In this document: positions 1 to 23,372 of the stretch, piece after piece
Layout: the number at the start of each line of letters is the position of its first letter
Position numbering within the stretch: position 1 is the first letter of the stretch
NCBI GenBank assembly: GCA_047495785.1
Contig: JBLDXI010000010.1
Location: 1,178,001 to 1,242,000, forward strand
DNA from: Lepidodermella squamata
Lineage: Eukaryota > Animalia > Gastrotricha
DNA length: 64,000 nt
Reading direction: 5' to 3'
The notes under the pieces: model-generated
Database searches by the model: none
What the model saw: the letters and a program-made list of their open reading frames with translations, nothing else
What the model was told of the DNA's origin: nothing
Position numbers and translations under genes: made by a program

Positions 1-324
1 TTTTGTTCTCGAAATTGAAAGCCAGCTGTTCAACATAGCGCAGTTTATCTGGTCCTGCTTGCTATAATTACCTATTCTACCGTTCACTGTTTACTGCCAA
101 AACTTTTCGGTAGCATATCAGACAAAGAGAAATCAGCTGATGAAGCAAACATCGACTGAATGCCTAAGGAGATACACGGGGACAATACAGACACCGTTGC
201 GTTAATTATTCAGCTGGAGGAAACTGTATCGGAAGAAGCTTTCATGCTGCTAAGAATTTAAGCGATTATTGAACTGGGAAAGAACTGCTTCATGGTGTAA
301 TTATACAAAAATAAATACAGCGTG

Positions 325-3300
325 ATGAAGTTTCTCTGGTTACTTTTCAACGTTTCCGTTACAAGCGTATTCTGCATCGAATACGACACGGGTTACATCG
401 AATATCAGTTGAGACAACTGCCTAGTGTTGTAGGCTATTGGCCTCTGACAGCCTACTACAACGTTCAAGATGCTCTCGGAGTTATCGATGCCGTTTCCTC
501 AATTGATCCACCTCTATTTGGCCAGGGTCCTTACGGAACTGCCAATTCTGCGATTCAAATCGACTCTTCGGATGCGGCAAATCAGCGATACGTTACTGCA
601 TCATCGCCTTTGATAAATGTTGCAACATCGTGGAGTTTGGCGCTTTGGGTTAAGACAGAGATAAATCAAGGCATGTGCTTCCTCGAATTTTACCCAGGCA
701 GGGCGCATCTCTGGCAGTGGAGCGCAGTCAATTCTCTTTATTTCTACCCGGCGAACAACAATAATTCAGCTATAACTATGCCATGTACCATGAATTATAC
801 TTGGACGTTTGTCGGGATTACGTACGACAGTGTGGCTCAAAAAATGCAGCTGTTTTGTAATACGGTCGCTGGCCCACTTGTAGCAATAACAGTTCCACCA
901 GCTATATCAACGGACCTAGGAATAGGCCGAAGGTATTATTTTTAATTCCTGCGGGAAATCGTTGTAGCGAATGAAATTTTACGTAGAGATGGCTGGACGC
1001 ACATTGGAAAGTATGCATGCGTTTCTATGCATAAAACTGCGATGACAACCGCCCAGTTCCTTCAGGTGAAAGCTAGCTGCCAACTTTTTTCAGGTATCAT
1101 TTTGTCACGCAAGATTTTCGGTAAAATCGAGTAATTTTTTCTCCAGCCAATTGCTCAACAGCATGCAAAAATGGCGGCACGTGTGTTGCCTACAACGTTT
1201 GCAAATGCCCTTCTGGGTATGCCGGTGTACTTTGCCAGTTGGGTAAGTGAAAAATGCGCGTTAAAGTTGGTTTTACGCTGTCCCTCGATTTAGTTGCAAC
1301 CGATAAAGACCTGATTGCCACTAGGTTTAGTGAAATTCCGAGCCTAGTCGTTTTCTGGCCTTTGACCAGTGAATATGGAACCTTGGACGCCACTTCGAAC
1401 AAAATCCATGGCAACCTTACAATGTACATGAAATACGACACTAGCCCATTCAACAACGTTGTTGCATCGTCTGTCAGCTCGCTATCACTAACGAATTACA
1501 TCACAGCTAAATCCCCACTCCTGAATTTTAACTCAAGCTCCTGGACTTTAACGATGTACATATACGCTGTGACGCCCTGGCACCCCATTTTCGAATATCT
1601 TCACCCGACAGTGCCATACGCAGATTGGGGCATGCACCTGTGGCTCAGAACCGCAAATGACTCGTTGTGGTTCAACACCCGAGCGCCGAATGGCTTGGAA
1701 GTTGCTTGCACGTTGATGAAATCGTGGAAATTCATCGCCGTGACATGGGAAGCGACAACGAAGACGCTGCAATATTTCTGCGACGAGTTTTTTGTGACAC
1801 CCACCTATGTTTCCACCGGATTTCCAATCACATCAGATAGTGTACTAATCGGAAGAAGGCAAGTTATTAAATGGAAATCGCGGTGGCATTCATAGTGATG
1901 CCCTAATTGCATTGATATAGCTCAATTGACCAGACTCAATTCTACGATGGGAAAGTTGCATGTATATCGCTCTATTCCAAGTCTCTTAATGCAAATGAGA
2001 TGCTCCAGGCACGAGAGCTCTGCAAACTCTTCACAGGTGAGAAGTTCCATTTCAATATCAAAGCACTGCATGAATTTCATTTCAGTTTCTTGTACCTCAA
2101 ACATATGCAAGAATGGAGGGCAGTGTGTTGGCTACAACATTTGCAAATGCAACGCGCCCTGGGCACCGCCGTATTGTGATACATGTATGTTTTAGGTTAA
2201 AAGCCTCAAGCTCTTACAAGCCCTCGCTTTCTTTTGATAGTTCCTATAAATAGGACCTACATCAGTGGAACCCTCGCTACGTATTCTGATCTGGTTGCCT
2301 ATTGGCCTTTAACCTACGAATACGGTGTGAAAGATGCTTCATCTAACAAGATCGATGGCATAATGTCCCGAGACTACAGCTACTCAACCGGGCCCTACGG
2401 AAGATCTAACACTGCTTTCGCTACAGACAGATCACTCACGCCGCAACGTTACGCTACGTTCAAATCCTCAAAGTTGAACATAGGCGCTCAGTCTTGGACA
2501 GTTTCGCTTTGGTTGAAAATGGATAGTACAGCGGGCATAGATGCATTCTTCGAGTTTCCGGCTTCGTCTTCAGCTAATGGCATGCACTTCGCCAAGAATC
2601 CTCCAGACACAAATACGCTTTGGTTCAATTCAATGGCACCGAGTGGCGGGGTTGGCGGGGTATCGTTCAGCTGCGACGTTACAACTCGCTGGGCGTTCAT
2701 CGCAGCGACTTACAATGCTACTACGAAGAATTTGAAAGTTCTATGCGGCGATTGGTGGAGCCCAAGTACAACACCAACCGGCAGCCCTATTACATCCGAC
2801 ACATTGTATCTCGGTCAGACCTATGATGGGTTGTACGGAAGTAAAGGTTCCATGGCTTGTTTATCGATTTTCACCAGGGAGCTAACAACCCCGGAGCTCA
2901 TGAATGTCAGAGACTTGTGCCGAATGTTTACAGGTGAGCTTCGAGTACAATTTTGCAGGCCGAATCTAATTTCATTCATAGTTCAATGCGCCGTCCCATG
3001 CTTCAATGGCGGATCCTGTGTCGGCTATAACTTATGCCTATGTGCTTCCGGCTATACTGGACAATCTTGTGGGACGGGTTAGTTTTTCCTGGAGCAATAT
3101 CTTTCGTTACCTACCTAATTTTTAGCGATTGAATTGGACACTACGGCGAGATCTAAGCTAGCCTTGTTACCAAGCCTAGTCTCTTACTGGCCGTTAGGTT
3201 CTGATTACGGAGCTAGGGACGTTACGTCCTCGAAAATCGACGGCTGGTTCTCAACAGATAGGACATTCAATTCCGGACTTCTCGGCGCTTCCTACGGAGC

Positions 3301-6300
3301 TTTTGCAACTGATGGATCTTCGCCTGCTCAGTACATCGGGTTCGACGATGATCGATTACAGCTGGCAGCATCTTGGACGGTTGCATTATACGTTAACGTA
3401 TTGGCAACAACATCAATGCCACTTGTGGAATGGACCCAGCTGAGCGTGACATATGGCGCCCACATTTGGCAGTACGGAGGGGCTAATTACTTATATATGC
3501 GAAACGGAATCAATCAGCCAACTCCCTGCAATATGTCCAATGGCTGGCAGTTCGTTGCAGCTGGCTACTTTGCCGCGAATAAGACTCAGTTTTTGTTCTG
3601 CAATAATTCCATTGTCAGCGTTCTAGTCTCACCTGCTGCTGAGCTAGCCACCCCGAGAATGCAAATAGGATACAGGTTAGATTCAGATTTCCCTCTCGTC
3701 CTGGCTCAGCATCTAGATGTTTCGGCTTTTCAGGAGAACTACCGACAATTCCAAAGCTAAATTCGCCTGCGTTTCATATCATAATGCTGCCTTAGATGCG
3801 AACCAACTGCTTGACGTTAAGAAGACCTGCTCATTTTTCTCAAGTGAGGTTTTATTTATGCTTTTTGATAACAATGGGTTGTCTTTATTCTCGTAGCTCA
3901 ATGCTCACCCCCATGTGAAAATGGCGGTACTTGTATCGGGTTCAACTTGTGTAGCTGCGTGGCGAACTACACAGGCGATAGATGCCGGTTGCGTAAGTTA
4001 GGTCCGCATTACATTATAGTAATATAAGTCTCGGGCTGTTTCAGTTGTCACAAAGCAGCCACAAATTCAATCAGTTTTGGGGAATCTCACCAATCTAATC
4101 GCTTATTGGCCACTTAGTGCTGATTATGGAGCGAAAGACGCGTATAAAGTGACGGCTACCGACGGTTTCTTCCCGACCCCAGCTGTCGAGTGGGTCGAGG
4201 GCCCAACCGGAACACCGAGCGGTGCATTTATGGCTGGTAATAGTCCTGGTGGTGGAGTTCCGAATCGATACTTCGAGATCGCATCTAGCAAAGTCAATTT
4301 CACCAACGGCCAATCGTTCACACTCGCGATGTACCTCTCGTTGATCCAACTCGGAGGCGGGGAGTTGATGTTTCAGTTCACACAGCAATCAAACGGATAC
4401 GAGCTGCATATGGAGCATTATCAGAAGTATAATATTATCTGGCTCAATTCTGGTCAGGGTTCCTATGAGCCGCCGTGTGTCATCACAAAAGGCTGGGTAT
4501 TCGTCGCTTATGTGTATGATGGCCCTTCAAAAACCGCGTCGTTCTTTTGTAACGACTCATTTGCTCCCAACACGAAAACCTACGGGTCGATTCCTACTGG
4601 GAATACAAGACGATTAAACATTGGCGGACGGTGAGTAGACTATTAGGCCGTCGGTACTTCTCAATAACATTCAATTTCAGGCCCCCTTCAGCGGCAGTTT
4701 ATTCCAAATATGCATGCGTGTCCCTGTTTTCATCCACTCTTACTGCTGCTCAATTGTTGTCGCTGAAACAAGTATGCGGTTCATTCGATGTGGTTATTTG
4801 TAATCCATCGTGTAAGAATGGCGGCTCTTGCGTCAGCTTTCAGCAGTGCGTCTGCCAACCCGGATATACCGGAGCTACTTGCGAAAGTGGTAAGACAATT
4901 TCCAGGAATCCTTATTGAAATTTGCAATTCCTGCGGTTCTAGGTTCATGTAATCCGGTTTGTCAAAATGGAGCCACCTGTGATGTTCCGACCAACACCTG
5001 CACCTGCCCGGCTTACTACTCAGGGAACAGATGTGAGACTCGTATGTTCAAAAATTAAAAAGCAAATAACCAATCCAAGATTTACCAACAATGCAGCGAT
5101 TTGTGATCCTGATTGCCTCAACGGAGGAACTTGCGACAAAAATAACAAGTGCAAATGTCCGTCGTTCTATACTGGTGACAAATGTGAATCTTGTTAGTTG
5201 CTCACTCGCCTCTGAATTCATCAATCTGAATTCATCTGTCAAACCTTTTTAGATCTTTGCACTCCTGTTTGCCCGGCTGGAGCAAGTTGCACTGGACCTA
5301 ATATATGCACAGCCTCTTCGAGCCAGTCGCTATGTACGAAGGTGAAAACTGACATCGGCCCAAGCTGCGTTACTTGGAAAAACCAAGGCCAGTGCCTATC
5401 AAATCCTGGTTTCATGTGGCCGTCTTGTCAGTCGAGCTGTACCGCCTATGCTACTTGTGAATGTGACGTAGATCCCCGCTTTCCGGTCGATTTCAACTGC
5501 ACCTGTGGAGATTGGGCCTCAACCGGTGCCTGTGAGAACGACCCGAGTGGGCAAGCTCAAGCCAGCTGTTTTTACACATGTGGCAGGAGGCTCAGTAAGA
5601 TTTTCGCGATTTCCCATAGTTCTTAGTGAATGAAACTCTTTTTCAGGCCCTGCGAATAACTGCTCTAGTGTTCCATTGGGAATTACCTTAGCTCCTAATA
5701 CTAAATGGGTTTTATCAGCGCCTCCGTTACCATCTTTCAACGGTATGGCTGGTTATATGCAGTCTGCCGTAATGGTATGCGACCTCGGCTATTCGCCTTC
5801 TTCAGCAGGAGATACAGCAATGCATATCTGCGATCCTTTCAATCCTAACCCAGCTACTGGGAACTGGTTCAAATTGAACGCCAACAGGCCTAGTTGCTTA
5901 TCCGCAGCTTGCTCGGACCCGCCATCATTACCTGCAGCATACTACGTTAATTCAACGACCGCGGCTAATTACAAATTGAACGATACAGTTCGCTACTTTT
6001 GTAATGCTGGCTTCAACATGACTGGGTCAAAAACTGGCGAAGCCTACTGCAGCTTTAAACCCCCAACGGGATGGTCTTGGGTCGATGGAACACCCCAATG
6101 CCAACGTACGCACATTTTAGACAACCAGACTCGAATAATTAATTCATAATGTTTCCTTAGTGCCACCTTGCAAAGGCTTCAGCGACGGGGTAAACACTTA
6201 CCACAACGTGTCGGGGAATTACTCTGGTGGCATAGCCGCATTCAGCTGCTTGAAAGGGTACAAGCCGATAGTCGATATTGCTTTCTTCGTAAAGACCTGT

Positions 6301-7361
6301 CAAAAAGATGGCTCATGGACACCGATCGATCAGCCCAAGTGTGCAGGTATTAATTTTTTGAATGAACTCAAAATTAACCAACGTCTTATTTGATCTCCAA
6401 GTCGTGACTTGTGGCAATCCAATCGTTGAAGACAATGCGTACCTAACTGGCGAAAAATCTGGAGTTTACTCGTTTGGGGACCAGGTGACTATGAAATGTT
6501 CTAAAGGCGCAACCAGCTTGTATATCGAACCTGGAACTGAAAGCACACCGCTGTCATCAGTTGTCAACTCGTGCCTAGAATCAGGGTTCTGGTCAACAAA
6601 CTCCTTGTCCTGTTTACGTAAGATTGAAAGCCTATGAAAAGATCTTATTCAGCTTCTTAAAATACCTAGTTGTAAGCTGCGATATGCCACCCAGCTACGA
6701 GATTGGAAACTACAGAATTTTGAACGCTACGTCTGATATCCAAACTCTGGTTTACGGCAGCATTATCGCATTTGAATGCGACTGGAACCAAGGCTTCGAG
6801 CCGAGTAAGAACCAATCTAGCAACTACGCCTATTGGAGATGTAACGAAAACTCAACGTGGGACAAGCAGCCACTCTACTGCTCACAAAATGCTTTATTGG
6901 CGGCCCCGAAGGCTGCGAAGCAAAAGGTCTACGAATCTACAACTGCAGTTGCAACTGCTTCTATGGTTCTAGCAATCTGCGGTTTTTTCTTCGGAATGGT
7001 CGTCTGCTTAGACTACATGACTCTCGCTAGAGATTTGAGCCGCTTGAGGCATAATTTCAATCATTTCCTGAAACGAATTCGAGATACGGGCCGAGTTAGA
7101 CAATTACATCAACTTCGAGCAAAAATACGAAACAAACATGCAGCGGAAAACTATTTGCAGCATCTCGAAGATGAGAAGGAATCTAAGCAACTGGCTTCAG
7201 CTGGATTTGCTAATACGTTGGCCGAAGGTCAGCTTGTTGCGAATCCATTAAGCGGGCAAGCTCGGCCGCTCTCGAGCGATGTCTCTAGGCAAACCGGGCA
7301 GAATATAGACGGTACAATGGACGTACCAGAATTCGAACCTATGGCGTACCAGAGTGAATAG
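325..7361 (+). CDS. G1: multi-exon type I membrane protein, SP-5x(LamG/pentraxin-like+EGF)-2xEGF-2xShKT-5xsushi-TM-cytoplasmic tail (~2006 aa)
   Basis: Manually spliced 20 exons: 325-932, 987-1093, 1147-1242, 1294-1858, 1921-2036, 2086-2184, 2241-2933, 2982-3077, 3126-3675, 3734-3843, 3897-3992, 4045-4630, 4681-4889, 4943-5041, 5097-5192, 5253-5594, 5647-6105, 6161-6346, 6402-6617, 6670-7361. Total 6021 nt, divisible by 3. Hydrophobic N-terminus MKFLWLLFNVSVTSVFC; LamG-like motifs (YWPL...GP(Y/F)G...W(S/T)xxxW...W(T/Q)FVxxTYD...IG); EGF CxNGGxC..CxCxxG(Y/W)xGxxC; ShKT CxxWxxxGxCxxxxxxMxxxCxxSC; CCP C..P...C...G(Y/F)...C...W...C; TM ATASMVLAICGFFFGMVVCL. Confidence 0.9.
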
Positions 7362-7756
7362 CAGTGCTTTGAAAAAAATCCCTACAGAAACAGTTGTTAA
7401 CATTCGTTTTCTAATTTCCTAAGCTACAAGTCATTTATCATTCTGAATCGATCGAGCTTTTGTTGACCATATAATGAATAATAAAAACAGTGGGGGTTTT
7501 CGGGAAATCAAACTGGGTCCCGCCGACAGTGCCCTTGACGTTATTTATTACGTCCAATTCGATTCTCTGTGCAATGAATTTTACATGGACCTTTGACGGA
7601 TTCTCTTATGACTGGACTACTGCAATAATGAATCTATTCTGCAACACAGCTTCAGGGTCTAACGTTTCGTCTCCACTCCCTCCACCTGTATCTGACACTT
7701 TGAGTATCGGTTATCGGGAAGATATTGCTGGGTTTAGCTTGGAATATACGAATGAC

Positions 7757-8412
7757 CAAAAATGACCAAAATTGTTTTATTTATCGTCCTCCTCAAGGCA
7801 TGAACATTTGATGTTAAAGAAAAGAAAAAGCCTTACCCGTGAGGGTTTAGGGGACGGTTGACGGCAGGGGATCTGTTTCAATGGCCGTCAGATCGTTCGT
7901 GAACAACCTGCTTTTACCCAACAATTCATAGTTTTCGCGATGCTGTCACACACTAATTGTCATTCATCCCGTATTCCGATCTCTGGCTGTTAGGTTCCAG
8001 GTTTCATAGGCGTAGTTGACGGCAGGAATTACTACACATTTTAAAGCTTTAAATTTTGTGGTTAGGCTAATATGTTTTCTGTTGCAAATCAACTTGTTAA
8101 AAGCTCCAAAACAGCTGCCAGCTTTCGCTATGCGCGCTTTGATTTCCTCGTCCATTTTACCATCTGATGTGATGATGCTATCTAAATATTTAAAAGATGT
8201 AACTTTCTCCAATATGTGTCCATCTAGTTCCAATTGATAATTTTTATCATCACCGATATATACTGGGTTTTGCTAACGCTAATTTTGAGAACTCAGAACG
8301 AGCTCCAGGCAGGCCTTGTTAAAGACATCAAGTAGTGATTTGATTTCCTCGTGGCACATACCAATCAAAGTGCCGTCATCCGAAAATGCTATCAGATTTA
8401 AAAGCTGCTTTC
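7757..8412 (-). mobile_element. 5'-truncated non-LTR retrotransposon (RTE-like) fragment
   Basis: Minus-strand peptides LIAFSDDGTLIG (YADD-equivalent motif) and LEKVTSFKYLDSIITSDGKMDEEIKARIAKAG..YAYETW (RT C-terminal region typical of RTE LINEs). Flanked by a degenerate ~16 bp duplication, GGAATATACGAATGAC (7741-7756) / GGATTATACGATTAAC (8413-8428), of sequence that is single-copy in G5 intron 1. Confidence 0.8.
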
Positions 8413-8734
8413 GGATTATACGATTAACACTTTTAATTTTAAAAGCTCCGGTTACACGGGTTCTGTCGGTGAATTTGCCTGTTTTTCGCTTTTCGCTGCA
8501 TAAAGCAGCATTCACTAATGCTCAATTCTTGGCACTGAAGTCGACCTGTCAACTTTTTACCCGTAAGCTAATTTAAGGGAATGCTGAAAACATGTACTTA
8601 TTTCTGGATTCAATTGAGCCAATTGCGGAGCTGCATGTGGGTGAGGTACAATAAAAACTCGCTGTGGTTCAACCCTATGGCACCTATGGCACCATATGGC
8701 TTGGAAGTAGTGTGCAACGTTACTAACAGGTGGA

Positions 8735-8900
8735 CAGTGTGCGAAGTAGGATCCGGGAGCTGAGGAGTTTTCTAGCAAGGTTCTAGCACCCAGCCGAAGA
8801 AACCAAAGGGTCCCCCCTGTGGTTTTTTCAGCCTTCCTATATTTGGAGTCCAAGAGCTGGGGTGTCGCGACACCCTAGCACCACTGTACTTCGCACCCTG
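8735..8900. mobile_element. hAT-family MITE (166 bp)
   Basis: TIRs CAGTGTGCGAAGTA / TACTTCGCACCCTG; exact 8 bp TSD CAGGTGGA (8727-8734, 8901-8908); the empty site is present in G5 (~42182). Confidence 0.92.
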
Positions 8901-9274
8901 CAGGTGGATTTTCATAGCAGTACCGTGGAATAATGCGTTATAACTGTTAAAATACTTCTGCGGTGATTCATTCATTTCTACGACATATGGAAACCTGCTT
9001 TCCGGAAATTGTTAATATTGACCTCTTCAAATACTACATGAAAGAACTAGGGAAGCACCCGAAAGATCATGTAAATAAAATAAAAAATAAAAAACAGTTT
9101 ATTTATAAAAGTATTCAGTTTTTTTCCACAATTTTTCAAGTCTACTTTTCTTTCAATGACCTTTGTTTCTTTTAATTCTTCAGCTTCGAAATTCACTGAA
9201 TTTCTCTGATATTCCTGGCTCATTCTACATCCATCTACCCTGGCTTCAAATGGTGGAACATTTTGAGCTGTAAC

Positions 9275-9438
9275 CAGGGGCGTAACTAAGGGGGGCCAGG
9301 GGGCACCGACCCCACCAGCTGGAAAAATACCCTCAGGGTACCACAGGGGGGACCCTTTGGTCTGAAAAATTCGGGGCCGCAAATACGTAGAAAAGATGTG
9401 CTGGCCCCACCAGTTTGGTAGACCTAGTTACGCCACTG
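9275..9438. mobile_element. hAT-family MITE (164 bp)
   Basis: TIRs CAGGGGCGTAACTA / TAGTTACGCCACTG; exact 8 bp TSD GCTGTAAC (9267-9274, 9439-9446). Confidence 0.92.
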
Positions 9439-9496
9439 GCTGTAACAATATTTATTTTTCCTTTAACATGAACACTCGCGTTGTCAAGTTCTATTC

Positions 9497-10897
9497 AGAA
9501 TAATGAGTGCAGTTATTTTTATAGCCCGCGATTCTTTTGCGATTGCTCACCTGGGATGTCTGTTATGAATAAATAAGCATTGGGATCGGAACAAAAAACT
9601 AAGCCCCGTTACAAACAGCACGGCGGTCGGTGGTTGAATCAATGAATAATAAATGACCTCGCTACAACCCGCTACAACAAATGAATGATGTGACTTTTTT
9701 CATCCGACCAATGTCTTATTTCATCCGACTAGAATCATCCGACATGAAGATATCGATTTTCTCGAATTTCCCGAGTTCGATTTTTCCGTAGGGGCACACC
9801 CCATTTATGCACCCTATTTGCGCCCATGAACCGGCAAAATTTTATCGTGAAAGATTTATGGCGATCCGAGTTGACAAATTTTTACACTAATTTTTTTGAA
9901 AATATGAAAAAGCAACTCGGCGGGTTTTAGCCGCATATTTTTAGTTGTCGGATAAAATAGGACCTTGGTTGAATAAAAGAAGACACTGGTCGGATGAAAA
10001 AAGTTTCCCCCAAATATAATGAAACCAACAATCGCGGCAAAATCGAGAGTTGTGTTTATCTAAGACTGCAGTGTCGACTGCAGGTCAAATGTTCTGAATA
10101 AAATCGATTAGAAGAAAAAAAATGATAAGCTCGAGCATTTTAGTCACATTTAAAAAAGGCGAATAAAAGAAACATTTGATCATTCAAGTTTTTCGCAATT
10201 TTTCAAGTCTTCTATTCGGGATGTCTGTAATTGCACAAACGATTTCGCACAAATGCACTTTTTACAAGCTTTACAATGGAATCGATTTGAATAGAAAAAT
10301 TGAAGGTCCTCTATAAAGTGGCGAGTTCGGACCAAACAGCAATGATGAAATGATAAAACGAAGCTAAAATCACTTGTACAAGATTAATCAACCAATGATG
10401 CCATGTCAATTTTATCTGCTAGATTCACTCAATATTGCGCTGCTCTTGCAGTAGCCAGATTTGTTGCTACGCATGAAAGGATGAAATCCGCTTGAAATGA
10501 GTTTGTGCAACACGTTTTGTTCGAGTACGGGTAAACCTTTTTATTCTTTCGATAACCTATATTTTTCAACTTCGAGATTCAACTTCTCTAAAATTCTGAG
10601 CTCAGTTATAGCCATCATCCAACCAGGCTTCGAAGGGCCGAGTATTTAAAGCAGCAACTGCATCGATTTGCCCTTCTTGTTAATCAATAGGGTAGGGATG
10701 ACTTCTTTAAAATAATGCGTGCAGTTTTTTATAGCACGCAACTTTTTTCTGGGGCGTATAAATATGCGTAAGGAACGTCTGCAAGGAACGTCTGTAAGGA
10801 ATGTCTGTTAAATAAGCTGTGTGATGGAAGATATCGACCAAGTCCTGTTACCAGCATCTGGGTGTTGGTTGACTCATTGAATTATTAATGACCTACA
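9497..10897 (+). repeat. Diverged ~170-190 bp direct repeat pair (9497-9660 and 10710-10897)
   Basis: Shared colinear blocks AATAATG.GTGCAGTT.TTTT.ATAGC.CGC, ATGTCTGTTA..AATAAGC, AAG.CC.GTTAC, GGTTGA.TCA.TGAAT.AT.AATGACCT. The second copy contains a 13 bp tandem repeat (AAGGAACGTCTGY x3, 10770-10808). Confidence 0.6.
9693..10004. mobile_element. MITE-like inverted-repeat element
   Basis: ACTTTTTTCATCCGACCAATGTCTT at 9693 is the near-perfect reverse complement of AAGACACTGGTCGGATGAAAAAAGT ending at 10004; the CATCCGAC subterminal motif is repeated. No clear TSD. Confidence 0.7.
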
Positions 10898-11309
10898 GTC
10901 ACGGGGCCTTCGCCTGCAACAAAAGAGCAGGACATGTTCCACTGGGTCTGTCCACAAGTGCAAGTGCAAAAATGGCTTCTTCGATTGTGATTCATCTCAC
11001 CATTGTGCAGGTTAACATCCCTTTTTGCGTACAGTATCATTTTTGTGTAAACGAATACTCAAAATCAGCAGTAAATCAATTGTGATAAATCATTTGCAAT
11101 TTATATCATCGTAGAATTGTTGTAAATCATTAGTAAATCAAATCATATACATTTCTCTGCTGTGTCAACTGTAACAATTAGCTTTTTCGAACTAGCTGTG
11201 GGCTCTAAAATCCGCAATTACGCTTCTCGCCTCTCAATTCAACGATTGTACTTAAAAAATAGTGACATATTTTACACCAATCTCGGAACGCATTTGTTCG
11301 CGCTGTAAT

Positions 11310-22998
<11,689 letters not shown>

Positions 22999-23372
22999 GA
23001 GGAGATTTACTCGGATTTTAATTTTGATGTGATTGATGTGATGTGATAATTACTTTGTGCTAGATATTGCTTGAAACTTTACGAGATAATGACAATTTAA
23101 TTCTAAATCTGTGATGAGCTTACTTTCGAGACTAACCTGTGTAGTCCGAATAGTTAATCAAAGATCCACCGTGAAACATGGATTTGCGATTCTTCAGCTT
23201 TCGATTAATAAAATAATTAATTTTATATAACCCTGAAATTTTAATTTTTTAAGAAGGGTAATTATTTAGAATATTCATGCATGCATAACGCCGACACGTC
23301 AGTTTGTATGGCGGGTGGCGGGATTCAAGCTTCGGCGTCCTAGCTACGTCTCATGGTCGTAACACATATATA

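Larger units (their letters stand above)
7552..8989 (+). pseudogene. Decayed, internally deleted relic of a G5-like paralog (fragments of LamG1, EGF1, LamG2)
   Basis: 7552-7756 and 8413-8636 align to G5 ~41220-41622. 8637-8734 and 8901-8989 align to G5 ~42100-42270. The start codon region is deleted, the intron-1 donor is mutated (GT to GG), and the relic is interrupted by a LINE fragment and a hAT MITE. Confidence 0.88.

Noticed and set aside
325-7361. Naming the genes as SVEP1/polydom, neurexin, crumbs or selectin orthologs
   Set aside because: Shared domain types only; domain order, the ShKT pair, the absence of vWA and C-type lectin domains, and the tail do not match, so no gene symbol is given.
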